A stretch of DNA of 64,000 bases. It comes from an uncultured Methanosarcinaceae archaeon. GTDB taxonomy: Archaea > Halobacteriota > Methanosarcinia > Methanosarcinales > Methanosarcinaceae. The notes under the pieces are model-generated. The model had not been told where the DNA came from and did no database searches. It saw only the letters and a program-made list of their open reading frames with translations. The stretch's first letter is position 1; each line of letters starts with the position of its first letter. The translations under genes and the position numbers were made by a program. Positions 43,563 through 54,030 of the stretch are shown here, piece by piece. Location of the stretch: NCBI GenBank assembly GCA_963727895.1, contig CAVSHT010000006.1, positions 1-64,000 on the forward strand, written 5' to 3'.

Positions 43563-43886
43563 ATGTCTAGAATAGCAAGAAAACAACAGAAAAATCTGAT
43601 CCAGATAATTGCAATTCAGCGTATGTGGCGGCTTTTTGAGCTTGCAAAAATGGAACATGCAGAGCATCCTGACCGCAGTGAACGCTATGTACAGCTTATA
43701 AGGAACATTTCTATGAGAACCAGGATGAGTATCCCAAGGGAAATAAAAAGCAGAATCTGTAAACACTGCTATGCATTTCTAGTACCTGGAAAAAACGCTC
43801 ATTACAGACTAAAAGATGGATATGTTGTTATTTCTTGCCAGCTTTGTGGAAAAGAAATAAGGTATCCTTATACAAAATTAAAGTAA
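43563..43886 (+). CDS. rnp4: RNase P protein component 4 (Rpp21)
   Basis: RYVQL.R.I, CKHC..LVPG, CQLCG..RYP. Confidence 0.95.
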   Translation: MSRIARKQQKNLIQIIAIQRMWRLFELAKMEHAEHPDRSERYVQLIRNISMRTRMSIPREIKSRICKHCYAFLVPGKNAHYRLKDGYVVISCQLCGKEIRYPYTKLK

Positions 43887-44003
43887 AGCTTATACCCCCT
43901 TATATTTGCTTTCTGGTACGTAAATAACGATTTTTTCCAGATATCTAAAGCCTTTTTAATTCTCATACTTTTTAAAATCCTCTTTTTCTATTAAGCAGTA
44001 GCA

Positions 44004-44315
44004 TTAATTTTTGGTGGGACTCTCTTGGCCTCGAATCTTTTTTATGGTTGAAGCTATCTGTTTTGCAACAACGGATTTTGGACCTTTATCGTCTACGAGT
44101 ACTCGTCCACTTACTTCCCACCACGACTTAGGATATGCTTTCTTAGGTTCTACTTCTGGATTCAAGCCAAGCTGCTTGGCGGCTTCTTTAATCTCATTAA
44201 GTTGCGGTTCCTTTATCGCATTCTTTCTGGAGATAATTCTACCGCTACTCCTTGACTTTGTCTGGTCGATATATACTGGCCAGATTACAAGTTTTCCCTT
44301 CTCTTTCATCATCAT
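44004..44315 (-). CDS. srp19: Signal recognition particle 19 kDa protein
   Basis: IWPVYID..KSRSSGR, KAYPK.WW..GRV. Confidence 0.96.
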   Translation of the reverse strand: MMMKEKGKLVIWPVYIDQTKSRSSGRIISRKNAIKEPQLNEIKEAAKQLGLNPEVEPKKAYPKSWWEVSGRVLVDDKGPKSVVAKQIASTIKKIRGQESPTKN

Positions 44316-44410
44316 GTTATCTTTGTCCTAAATTGCTTTCATGCAATTTAAAACTGCCCCGGAAGCCCTATCAAATCAGGAACTTTTTTCTATTTATATA
44401 AGTTTCTTCT

Positions 44411-44570
44411 ATTGTCTAATCTAAAACCTGTAATTATTTATCTTTCCCGGACAAGTTCTGCATGGTGTTAATATGATTCCATCCTTTACAATTGTCTAAT
44501 CTAAAACCTGTAATTATTTATCTTCCCAGGACAAGTTCTGCATGGTGTTAATATGATTCCATCCTTTACA
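44411..44570 (+). repeat. 80-bp tandem duplication covering the upstream region and first six codons of the 44553 gene
   Basis: 44411-44490 vs 44491-44570, two mismatches. Confidence 0.92.
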
Positions 44571-44825
44571 ATTGATGAAAAAGTAAGAGCTTATATCAGA
44601 AAAAGCGGGCAGGACTTCAGGCTTTGCACATCTCCTGAAGGTCCTGTACTTCTTCCACTCAATACGGTTGACCCCAAGTCTTCAGATCTTAAAATCCTAA
44701 TCGGTAGTAACGTTCTTTATGTTTCCAAGCTTCAGGCAAAATACATAAAGAAAGTTGATTGGTCTATGGTAGAACGGTCTATGGTAGAACGGTCTATGGA
44801 TTCTTCTGGAGAGCTCAATATCTAA
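44553..44825 (+). CDS. Small hypothetical protein with 15-bp tandem repeat near the C-terminus
   Basis: 90-aa ORF; GGTCTATGGTAGAAC repeated (SMVER SMVER SM). Confidence 0.72.
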   Translation: MIPSFTIDEKVRAYIRKSGQDFRLCTSPEGPVLLPLNTVDPKSSDLKILIGSNVLYVSKLQAKYIKKVDWSMVERSMVERSMDSSGELNI

Positions 44826-44896
44826 ATTTTGTTATCTTTTGAACTAACTCCTTTTACATAAGAATATGAACTTTTTATCCTATTTTTCGAAAAGTT

Positions 44897-45074
44897 TATC
44901 CGTATTGTTTATTAAGAAGAGGAAGTATAGGATTTTTTGATCAAGCTTTTTTTAAAAATGTTTGCTTCACTTTGAGCCTTTGGTCGAGCTTTCCTATGAA
45001 AAGGTTGTGATTAAGCTTTTTTAAAAAAGGTTGTTTTGCTATCCGTGTTATTTATTAAGAAGAGGGAGCATAGG
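44897..45074. repeat. 35-bp direct repeats enclosing three imperfect palindromic units
   Basis: 44897-44931 and 45040-45074 match at 31/35; inner units resemble (A/G)AGCTTTTTT-AAAAAGGTTG. Confidence 0.7.
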
Positions 45075-45182
45075 GTAAATGTTTACCTGTTCCAGATCCT
45101 GCACAGGTTTTACTCAAAAGAGAGGAAAATACTGCAGGCTAAAAAGATCGCTTCAAGCTCAAGGGAGAATTTGTCTGTGAAA

Positions 45183-46039
45183 ATGAGAACGAAAACTGTG
45201 TTTATACTCCTTGCTCTGCTGGTGGTCTTAGTATCGGGCTGCATGGAACAAAAAAAGGAAATTGTTGTGGATAAACCTGGTAATATCTCTAATTATGAAT
45301 TAGAGGTTTTTTCAAATGAATCAGGTAATCAGACGCTTGAAAATACCACCACGTACTATTTGCTGGAAAATGATACAAAAGTACAGGTTGTAAACATGGT
45401 AGTAAATACCAGTAAGCTTGAGATTTATCCACCTGATTCTCTGGAAGGCAGTTCCGAGAACAATCCTATTCAAAATTTTGTATTACTTGTGGACCCAGCA
45501 AATGAGACTATAGCAAACTCGCAAACTTTTCAAGAGCTTTCCAGTATAAATAATACTTCAGTTGTTAATTATACTCTGACTCAAGAAGCTATTCAGGGCA
45601 TGAAAGTTGTAAACCTTGAGTTCAAAGAATCTGTGACAGGTTTTATTGCTTATACATTAGATAATCCGGGAACTCAGAGTTTTTCATTTCTTAAACCTGA
45701 CTCCGAATTTATCCGTGTCGTACTCCCCAAGGGATATGTAACCGGCAACAGGATGTTCGGAATAGCGAGGCCGGAGCCTTCTAATATAATATTGATGAAA
45801 AAGGAAGACAAACTCTTCTTTGGATCTCTTCAAAGATGAAAGATAGTGACCAAGTTATCCAGGTAAAGTACTATACGCAATCGGCACCGGTGCTATTTTC
45901 CGCCGCAATTATAGCTCTTCTCTGTGGAGTCGGTCTTGTGCTTTTGCGTTATGCCAGAAGTAAAAAGGAACTCGAAGCTGTTAAAGGAATTCTTGATATA
46001 GAAAAAGAATATGAAAAGAAACAGCGAAAACGGAAATAA
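45183..46039 (+). CDS. Membrane-anchored lipoprotein of unknown function (apparent frameshift ~45790)
   Basis: Lipobox LVSGC; the second frame IDEKGRQTLLW runs into ORF 45836..46039 with a C-terminal TM. Confidence 0.75.
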
Positions 46040-46134
46040 TTTTGCGAGGTTATTTTCCTCCATTTTTATTTCCCAATATACTTTTTTTACAATTCGTAAA
46101 TTATTTATGGCAGTCGTGTCATATTTTCTTCTCG

Positions 46135-46818
46135 ATGAAATCTTGGGGGAAAATTTGGTATAAACATCTATTTTCTTCAGAACCAGACTCAAAAGCCGTT
46201 AATCCTGTTGTTGGTACTATCCTTATGCTAATTATTTTGGTTTTACTGGTAGGTTCAGTTGCTGTCACTTCTTTTAATATTGTTGGAGAAGGTACAAACT
46301 CTCTTTTGGTGGCACATATTTCACTGGAATCCTGCGAGGGAGGGCTTTTTAATAATGGACCTCTAGATGAGAAAGCTTCGCTTAAGAATAACACAATTGT
46401 GCTTATTCATAAAGGAGGTAGTCCTCTTCCCCTTGATACTATTTCCATAACGATTTCAGGATATGGGAACTCTTACCATGGTATTGCTGATGGAAACGGG
46501 GCAAAGATTGTAGGAGACACAGAAGTTATTTACCAGAATTTAAGCCCAACAGGAAAAAATCCAAGATATGAGTCTAAAAACAAAGAAATCCTTAAAGATA
46601 ATTTATGGAGCGCTGGAGAGAAGTTAACACTACATGGAGACGACAGTGCTATAGGTTCTATTGTTTCCAGCGTAAAAGTTAGTGTCAATGGGGACGGTAA
46701 TACTTCTGACAATTACGGCTTCAAGGCAGGTTCTGAGATCACTGTAAAAGTTATTGACACTAAAAGCAGAAACGTCATTGCTGAACAGAAAGCTATTGTA
46801 AAACATTGTGAGGGATAA
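46135..46818 (+). CDS. Archaeal type IV pilin-like protein
   Basis: Class III signal SKA|VNPVVGTILMLIILV; HKGG.PL and W.AGE.L motifs. Confidence 0.85.
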   Translation: MKSWGKIWYKHLFSSEPDSKAVNPVVGTILMLIILVLLVGSVAVTSFNIVGEGTNSLLVAHISLESCEGGLFNNGPLDEKASLKNNTIVLIHKGGSPLPLDTISITISGYGNSYHGIADGNGAKIVGDTEVIYQNLSPTGKNPRYESKNKEILKDNLWSAGEKLTLHGDDSAIGSIVSSVKVSVNGDGNTSDNYGFKAGSEITVKVIDTKSRNVIAEQKAIVKHCEG

Positions 46819-47416
46819 AATTGAAAGAGATAAAGTCTCTTGTTTAGGGGATATCTTTTTAATTTCACTTAATTTCTTTTCTCGAATTATTTTACTCTGT
46901 ATATCTAATATTAAAGTTAAGTCTTATTTTTTCTGCCTTAATTAAAATTGTAAATTTGATGACATCATGGAAAAATATCTTAACGATATAACACATTAAA
47001 TCAAAAGCTAAAGGCTCAAAATATAATTCTTTCACGTGAAGGAGAATATTCAATGATCTAAAAATTATTTTATTTCGGATCATAACTGCTGATAGTAAGC
47101 GTTGTAATGGTCACAACTTTAAATTTCTTGGTCAATATATCTCTCGTTTTTACACTCAAAAGTTGTCTCTTAATATTCTCTATTTTTTCTGTTTTTTTAA
47201 CTATTGTGGTTTTTAAGGATTTATATCAGGATTAATCCCTTTATTTAAGGGTATATGCGAAATTATATGGTCTATAAAGCTTCTTTTTTAAATTTAAATT
47301 GCCTGTGTTCTTAAAACCTGTAAGTATTTTTATATTATTGTCAGTCTATTTCAGACATGTCAACCGATGATGGTTGGCAAGGCAATTAAAAGACAAAAAT
47401 TCGGAGACAATAAGAC

Positions 47417-47528
47417 CATAGGACTTATGCTTTGAACTGAGAAAATAGTAGCAAAATATCAATCATTTAAAGCAATTATGGCAGATTCTTCGTGCTTTAT
47501 TTTGAACCTCATATGCATAAGTCCTATG
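47417..47528 (+). mobile_element. MITE-like element
   Basis: Perfect 14-bp TIRs CATAGGACTTATGC; internal homology to 48195-48314. Confidence 0.75.
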
Positions 47529-47597
47529 CAGATACAGAACTAAAATTGTATCTTTATATTGAGTACTAAATTAAAAACAAAAATTAGGACTAGTAAT

Positions 47598-47996
47598 ATG
47601 GGAAAACAAACATTTGACGGAATAAAAAAGATTATGTGTATGTTTACACTGGTCTTTTTTGTAGTATCATTGACTGTTGCATCAGCAAGTGCAGGGTCAA
47701 ATAACACGTATAAAATAGAGAAAGCAAAGTTGGATACAGAGAAATCTACATTAGAAAAAGAAAAAATAGCAATATTAAATGAAAAGGCTACATTAGAAAA
47801 AGAAAAACAAAAGTTAGAACTACAGAAAAATAAATTGAGCACCAAAAATAGTAAAGAGTATCAAAATTGGCTCAATAATTATAATAAATTTTTAACAAAA
47901 TATAATAAATGTTTAAGCAAATATAAGGCATGGGAAACCAAATACAATAACTGTTTGAACAAATACACTCTCCTAAAACAAAAATATAAAATTTAA
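47598..47996 (+). CDS. Secreted Lys-rich coiled-coil protein
   Basis: Signal peptide, LEKEK heptads, Y(N)xxLxKY repeats. Confidence 0.7.
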   Translation: MGKQTFDGIKKIMCMFTLVFFVVSLTVASASAGSNNTYKIEKAKLDTEKSTLEKEKIAILNEKATLEKEKQKLELQKNKLSTKNSKEYQNWLNNYNKFLTKYNKCLSKYKAWETKYNNCLNKYTLLKQKYKI

Positions 47997-48051
47997 AAGA
48001 AATAAATACTGAAATTATAACTATATTATAAAAAAGTGGCTATACACAGAA

Positions 48052-48181
48052 GACAGTGCGCCGATTTTCTGTAAACTATATATTTCTAGAGCTATGAATA
48101 GAACATTCGATATACCAGATCAATTTCATCCATAGCGTACAAAAATCTAACTTGAATTTACAGCAAATTTGCGACGCTGCC
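48052..48181. mobile_element. Possible decayed MITE
   Basis: Imperfect ~25-bp TIRs GACAGTGCGCCGATTTTCTGTAAA vs GGCAGCGTCGCAAATTTGCTGTAAA. Confidence 0.45.
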
Positions 48182-48194
48182 AAGTGATTTTCTT

Positions 48195-48314
48195 ATCGGT
48201 TTACGCGCTTGAGGAACAAATAAAGCACGAATAAATCTGTCACGGATTTCATTAATCCAACATTTTAATGCTTTATGCTATTGATATTCTCAGTTCAAGT
48301 GCGTAAATTCCGAT
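48195..48314 (-). mobile_element. MITE-like element, inverted relative of 47417-47528
   Basis: Shares TTGAACTGAGAA and TTCGTGCTTTATTT blocks; imperfect TIRs ATCGG..TTTACGC. Confidence 0.68.
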
Positions 48315-48502
48315 TAAATCTAATCTCTTCTATTATAAATATATTCACATTTCCCTACTTCTGTTCTTAATTACGTACATATTATTGAACTTCTATTCCT
48401 TGTGTTCCTATGTGTTTTGAATTCGGAGGAATTAAACTCCTTTATATAAAGCTTATTTTCATTATTTCTTTCTCTGCCTTTTATATCCTCAAAAACGTCG
48501 AG

Positions 48503-48742
48503 TTACAGCCCAGTTCTTTCAATCAGTAGGTCTGCCACATGTTTTGCATTCTTAAAAGGGAAATCCTTTTCAGTAACCAGGCTCTGCACTTCTCTTACAT
48601 TAACTTCTACATCACCTACTCTGCATGTAGTGCCCAGCCCTTCTGGCAAGGCAGCAATCATTTCTTCCATAGAGTTTATGGGAAATTTTATATCTTTAAG
48701 TATTGCAAGGATCTGCTCGTAGACTTCTTCTTTTACGTTCAT
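48503..48742 (-). CDS. MTH865-family protein
   Basis: FPINS.EE..AALP.G..TTC, DFPFKNA..VAD. Confidence 0.88.
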   Translation of the reverse strand: MNVKEEVYEQILAILKDIKFPINSMEEMIAALPEGLGTTCRVGDVEVNVREVQSLVTEKDFPFKNAKHVADLLIERTGL

Positions 48743-49051
48743 TTTTCCCTCTGATACTATTCTTTTTATTTAGCGTCTTAACTCGGATGAATTAAGTATA
48801 AGCTTTAAATATGAACCTCATGCTCCGAATCCGAAAATATCGATCCAATTCACTTCCGCCAAAATAACATGTCCTCCATATAGCGAAATTGTGTTTCGTA
48901 TATTTCTATCGTATACTTTCAAAATTATTCTAATAAAAAAAGTTTTTTATGGATTATTTTGCATTATGAACAAAGTTCTGTAAAATAAGTAATACCCCAT
49001 TAAAATATCTGGGGTAACTCTCAATTCAATGAAAAACGTAAAATAAAGCAA

Positions 49052-49261
49052 TTAATCTATGGCTATCATAACATTTGAAGCCTTGACTACAGCGTATACC
49101 TCGCTTCCTTCTTTTAATTTCAGATTTTCAGCTGATTCCTTTGTGATGATGGAAGTAACTTCCACTCCACCTGGCATTTCTATTACAATTTCAGCGTTTA
49201 CCATACCAGTGACAATTTTTTTAACCTTTCCTTTCATCACATTGCGTGCACTCAGTTTCAT
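49052..49261 (-). CDS. Molbindin / Mop TOBE protein
   Basis: MKLSARN..KGKV, SIITKES, VKASNVM. Confidence 0.93.
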   Translation of the reverse strand: MKLSARNVMKGKVKKIVTGMVNAEIVIEMPGGVEVTSIITKESAENLKLKEGSEVYAVVKASNVMIAID

Positions 49262-49434
49262 TATTTGCTCCTCCACTCTATTTTTTTAGTTACTATTAGC
49301 CATTATTACACATATCTATACATATATGAGTCTTACGAACTTGAGATCCGTTTTATGGTTCCTATCTGGAGATTGATATCGGTTCAGCTCAAAACCGTGA
49401 AGAATTAAATCGTTTTTAATCAAAATATTTTTTT

Positions 49435-50635
49435 TTAAAAGCTTCCAAAAATTACTGAGGTCAAAGCTCCTATTAGAACTACCCATCGGATTTCAACTTT
49501 GTAAAATAATGCGATAAATGCAGCGATGGTCATCAGAATATGGAATATATCTAATGGCATGATTAAGGCAAAGCGGAAGGCAACCGAGGCAAGCAGCCCT
49601 ACAAAAGAACAAAATATTCCATTGACAGCTCTGTTGAACCATGGAGAACTGCTGAATATGTCATAATAAGGAACAGTCCCTATTATCATAAGAAATGAAG
49701 GCAAGAGAATGCTTACCGTAGCTATCACAGATCCTACCATGCCGTAAAGTATGTACCCTATAAACGTTGCCGTTATAACGATTGGCTCTGGTGTAATCTG
49801 CCCCAATGCAATCCCATTCATGAGTGTAGAGCTATCCATAAAGGATTGTACTTCTACGAACTCATGAAACATCAAAGGAACAGAGGCAAATCCTCCCCCA
49901 AAAGCAAAAAGATCTATCCTGATCATCATCACTGCCATATCAAAGAGGTTTGGCTGTATAATTAATCGCAAAATAAGTCCTGCTGCAGCTGTAAATAATA
50001 TGAAAATAAGTGACCTGATATTTTTTGGTGTCTCTACTAAGGATTCCGTTTTTGGTTGGAAATCTTGATTTCTGTAGGCTAAGAGTCCTAAAAGAGCAGC
50101 TAGTAATATTACCATAATTGGATTTATTTTAAGGATGAACATGCCGGCTGCAAAGGCAGCAATCATTAAATCTTTCTTGACCTTTAGATAATTTATACCA
50201 AAGGATACAGTGGCATTAGTAATTATGGCAACTATAATCGCCTGGAGTCCGCTGAACAGCAAGACTACAATAGGCAGATTATGCGTCTTTACATATAGAG
50301 CAGAAAGTGACACCATTATCAAAAATGCTGGTAAGCTAAAACCGACGTAGGTTGCAGCGGCTCCAGTCACTCCGCGTGTTCTCAAACCTACGTAGGCTGC
50401 AATCTGCATGGCAGTTGCTCCAGGTATTGCCTGACATAGAGCTACACCAGCAAGAAATGTTGGATCATCGATCCATTTCTTCTGTTCTACAGCCATTCTA
50501 TGGATATAAACAGTCATAGCAGGTCCTCCAAAAGAGGTCATGCCCAATCCAAAAAAAGATGTGAATAGCAAAGCTAGAGACGGATGCTTAAAAGAATTTG
50601 CGACGATTTCATTAGGGTGATTCTTGATATTTCAT
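49435..50635 (-). CDS. chrA: Chromate ion transporter (CHR) family; ATG at 50635 out of frame by 1 nt
   Basis: SFGGP, CQAIPG, AFGGG, GQITP motifs. Confidence 0.85.
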
Positions 50636-50723
50636 TCCTCACCGGAAATCATTGTATTTCTAACGAATTTTGGAACTATTTAATATTTTTACACGCATTG
50701 AAATTTTAACATATTTACAGATG

Positions 50724-52088
50724 TTATTTATTGATCACTATAGACTTTATATTCACAAATTCCTTGAGCCCATAATGTGAAAGTTCTCTCCCTATTCCGG
50801 ACTTTTTGACTCCTCCGAAAGGTAATCTCGGGTCAGACCTGACCGTTCCATTTACTGCTACAAATCCTGATTTTATTCTTTTTGCCAGCTTTTCAGCTCT
50901 TTCTAAGTTTCCAGACCACACTTCGGCTCCAAGTCCAAAATCTGTGGAGTTTGCAATTTTTACTGCTTCATCATCATTCTTTACAGTGATCAACGGTGCA
51001 ATAGGGCCAAAAACCTCCACACTACAGGCTTTCATATCAAGATTGGCTGTGGGGATTATTGTCGGCCTAAAGAAAAAACCTTTTTCACATTCTTTTCCAC
51101 AAATAAGTGGTTCTGATCCTTTCATTTTTGCGTCTTGCAGTATTTTCTCGAGATCTTCAACAAATTCCTTCTTTGCAACGGGTCCTATATCGGTATCTTC
51201 ATTCATAGGGTCTCCGATTTTCAGTTTATTTACCTCGAGTTCAAATGCCTTCATAAAATTCTCAATAGCATTGTCTAGAACAATAAATCGCTTGGCAGCA
51301 ATACATCCCTGTCCTGTATTGAGAAAACGGGACTTTGCTGCAGCCTGCGCAGCTTTTTCAATATCGGCATCATCCAACACTATAAAAGGGTCTGACCCTC
51401 CCAGCTCCAGTACAAAAGGCTTGATAGTTTTCCCGGCAAGTTCTCCTATTTCAGAGCCTGCAGTTATGCTGCCAGTAAGTGAGACCCCATCAACCATCTC
51501 CTCTTCAAGTATTCTCATGGCAGTTTTTGAGTCAATTAACAGGGTTTTAAAAACATGTTCCGGAAATCCAGCTTCCAAAAAAACTTTCTCAACCTCAAGT
51601 GCTGATCTTGGCACATTTGAGGCATGTTTAAGCACACAGACATTTCCTGCACATATTGTAGGTATTGCAAACTTGAATACCTGCCAGAAAGGAAAGTTCC
51701 AGGGCATAATCCCAAGAACAATTCCTAGAGGCTCAAAAGTTACGTAACTTTTCTCACCCCCAGTGTCAACAAATTCGTCTTTCAGAAACTCAGCCGCATT
51801 TTTGACATAATAATCACATATAAAAGCGCATTTCTGAACTTCAGCTCTCGATTGCTTAATAGGTTTGCCCATTTCTTTTGTGATAATCTCTGCATAGATA
51901 TCGGTATTCGTTCGAAGTACTTCTGCAAGCCTTGCAAGATACTTTGTCCTTTCGTCAACAGGCAAAGAGTTCCATGTGGAAAAAGCAGCCCTTGATTTTT
52001 CAATATATGCCTCACATTCCTCAAAAGAAAAAGAATCATATGTCCAGTTTACTTCTTCAGTATATGGATTAATTGATTTCAATTTCAT
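50724..52088 (-). CDS. NAD(P)-dependent aldehyde dehydrogenase (succinate-semialdehyde dehydrogenase-like)
   Basis: IMPWNFP, LKHAS, LTGS, LELGGSD, GQGCIA, EVFGP, PFGGVKKSG. Confidence 0.93.
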   Translation of the reverse strand: MKLKSINPYTEEVNWTYDSFSFEECEAYIEKSRAAFSTWNSLPVDERTKYLARLAEVLRTNTDIYAEIITKEMGKPIKQSRAEVQKCAFICDYYVKNAAEFLKDEFVDTGGEKSYVTFEPLGIVLGIMPWNFPFWQVFKFAIPTICAGNVCVLKHASNVPRSALEVEKVFLEAGFPEHVFKTLLIDSKTAMRILEEEMVDGVSLTGSITAGSEIGELAGKTIKPFVLELGGSDPFIVLDDADIEKAAQAAAKSRFLNTGQGCIAAKRFIVLDNAIENFMKAFELEVNKLKIGDPMNEDTDIGPVAKKEFVEDLEKILQDAKMKGSEPLICGKECEKGFFFRPTIIPTANLDMKACSVEVFGPIAPLITVKNDDEAVKIANSTDFGLGAEVWSGNLERAEKLAKRIKSGFVAVNGTVRSDPRLPFGGVKKSGIGRELSHYGLKEFVNIKSIVINK

Positions 52089-52461
52089 ACTTTCACCTCG
52101 AACACATCAAGTTTTGTTTATTGAGTATGAAGTCTGATTGAGTTGAGACTCATGACTTTACTCCCCTGTAAAGCCATTTAATAATAGTAATTTCTGTATA
52201 ATAAACTTTGATGAGATTAATTGGATATAAAATAAAGATGCTGGGTTTTATGCCTGTTCATAAAACCCAAAAAGAAACATATCTTATTCAATGGTTTTAG
52301 CTTCAATAATCTTATTTTGTATTCTCAATTTTCCCGAAATTACGCATCAGATTGAAAACTCAATAATTTTTCAATTACCTGATGACTAATACTATCAAAA
52401 CTTTTAATGTAATTGATTTAGAGTCTCAATTGCATAATTCCTATACTAAGTTCTATTTTTA

Positions 52462-53328
52462 TCACGATTGGACAACAAAGCCATATTTTTTCAATATTTC
52501 CTGTCCTTCTTTCCCTGTTACAAAATCGATGAATTTTTGGGCATTTTCTTTATTTTTGGAAGAATAAATCGCAGCTATCGGATATGTAACAGGTGTACTA
52601 ACAGATACGTTTGTAACTATTTTGAGAGTTCCAGGAGCTGCAATTTTTGCATCGGTTGTATATACAAATCCTGCATCCACTTCTCCTCTTCCCACATATG
52701 TGAGTACTTGTTTAACATCTCCAACAGGCACCATTTTGTTTTCAAGCTGACTCCATAATCCTGCTTCGGTAAGTGCGATACGTGCATATTTCCCTACAGG
52801 TACTGTTTCAGGGTCTCCAATGCTGATTCTCTTAACTTCGGTATTTGTCAGGTCTTTCACACCAGTGATATTAAGAGTACTGCTTTCTGGAACAATAAGC
52901 ACAAGTGAATTGTGAGCAAAATTTTTTCTTGAACTATTTACGATAAGTGATTTATTGGCAAGTGTATTCATCTGGCTCTCGTCCGCAGAGGCAAAGACAT
53001 CAACAGGAGCTCCTCCTTCAATTTGCATACGCAAATTACCTGAGCTTCCAAAATTCAGGCTTATGTCCGTTCCAGGACTTTCCTTTTCAAACTGGGAAGC
53101 AATATCTTTAACAGCATCAGTAAGGCTAGCAGCCGCAGAAACTGTTATAACTTCAGTCGTTGCATTTGGAGTTACCGCTACATTTGGAGCTTCATTTTTA
53201 TTACCAGCACATCCTATTGCAAGGAATACGCTTAACAGTATTAACAGAACTATTATTTTTCTTCTTATTATTTCCCCCCATATGATGGCCGAATGACAGA
53301 AATACAAGCTTGATTCCCCATGATACAA
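52462..53328 (-). CDS. modA: Molybdate ABC transporter substrate-binding lipoprotein (likely start near 53268)
   Basis: Lipobox LAIGC, SAAASL, GSSGNL..QIEGGAP.DVF.SA, VPVGKYA. Confidence 0.92.
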   Translation of the reverse strand: MYHGESSLYFCHSAIIWGEIIRRKIIVLLILLSVFLAIGCAGNKNEAPNVAVTPNATTEVITVSAAASLTDAVKDIASQFEKESPGTDISLNFGSSGNLRMQIEGGAPVDVFASADESQMNTLANKSLIVNSSRKNFAHNSLVLIVPESSTLNITGVKDLTNTEVKRISIGDPETVPVGKYARIALTEAGLWSQLENKMVPVGDVKQVLTYVGRGEVDAGFVYTTDAKIAAPGTLKIVTNVSVSTPVTYPIAAIYSSKNKENAQKFIDFVTGKEGQEILKKYGFVVQS

Positions 53329-53825
53329 GCCTGTGACTAATAATGACTTATTTTGGATATAGAAATCTTCTGTGGTTGAATGATATCTCTACAGCAATAA
53401 ACCTTCAACTGTCATTAAACAGGTATTCAAAAGAGCAATAGGTGTCTTCTGAACTCAATTTACAGAAATTTGTCTATTGAATTTCAGTAAACATGGCTAT
53501 TGATGTTATTTTCTCTAGGCTGGATAGTTACTATTTTTTTGTTCGTTTTGCTTAAGAAAAAGTATTCCCTATCGATAATTTTATAAAATATCTGTTTATA
53601 TAATTATAAATGCAATATATTCCTTATTTATATGTTAAACTTTACATATCTTGAAATGGTAGAGTTCTGGCTAGTGTTGTTTTCTATATCTGGTCAATTA
53701 TAAGGGGGTTCTATCCACCATATTAAAATTTTATCCCTTACCATATTAAAAATCAATAAGTCCCTGTAACAAAAGTTACCTATAAATGCAGTATCCTTCT
53801 GCATTATGTTGGTCTTTAATTAATT

Positions 53826-53940
53826 AGGACTTATATACTGAGGCACACGACTAAACACAATAAAAGTTGTAGTTCAATATGCATCTTAGACAATCAAATA
53901 TATGACGGTATTGATCTCACGTTTCAGCCGTGTAAATCCT
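53826..53940. mobile_element. Possible MITE-like element in the modA-fmdE intergenic region
   Basis: Imperfect TIRs AGGACTTATA / TGTAAATCCT resembling the 47417 element ends. Confidence 0.4.
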
Positions 53941-54006
53941 GAGTATATAATTCACCTAATAACCGGACTGTATTAAATTAATTCAGTATATACTCAGTAT
54001 ATTTAG

Positions 54007-54030
54007 CGTTGTGTTTATTTAAACATAACG
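54007..54030. promoter_or_regulatory. ModE-type operator upstream of the fmd operon
   Basis: CGTTGTGTTTATTTAAACATAACG: near-perfect 24-bp palindrome with the CG-N20-CG geometry of ModE boxes. Confidence 0.72.

Noticed and set aside
44897..45074. Possible mini-CRISPR
   Set aside because: Only two imperfect repeats 108 bp apart; no array or cas genes in the window.
50806..51747. 313-aa ORF on the + strand
   Set aside because: Antisense shadow of the aldehyde dehydrogenase; no motifs.
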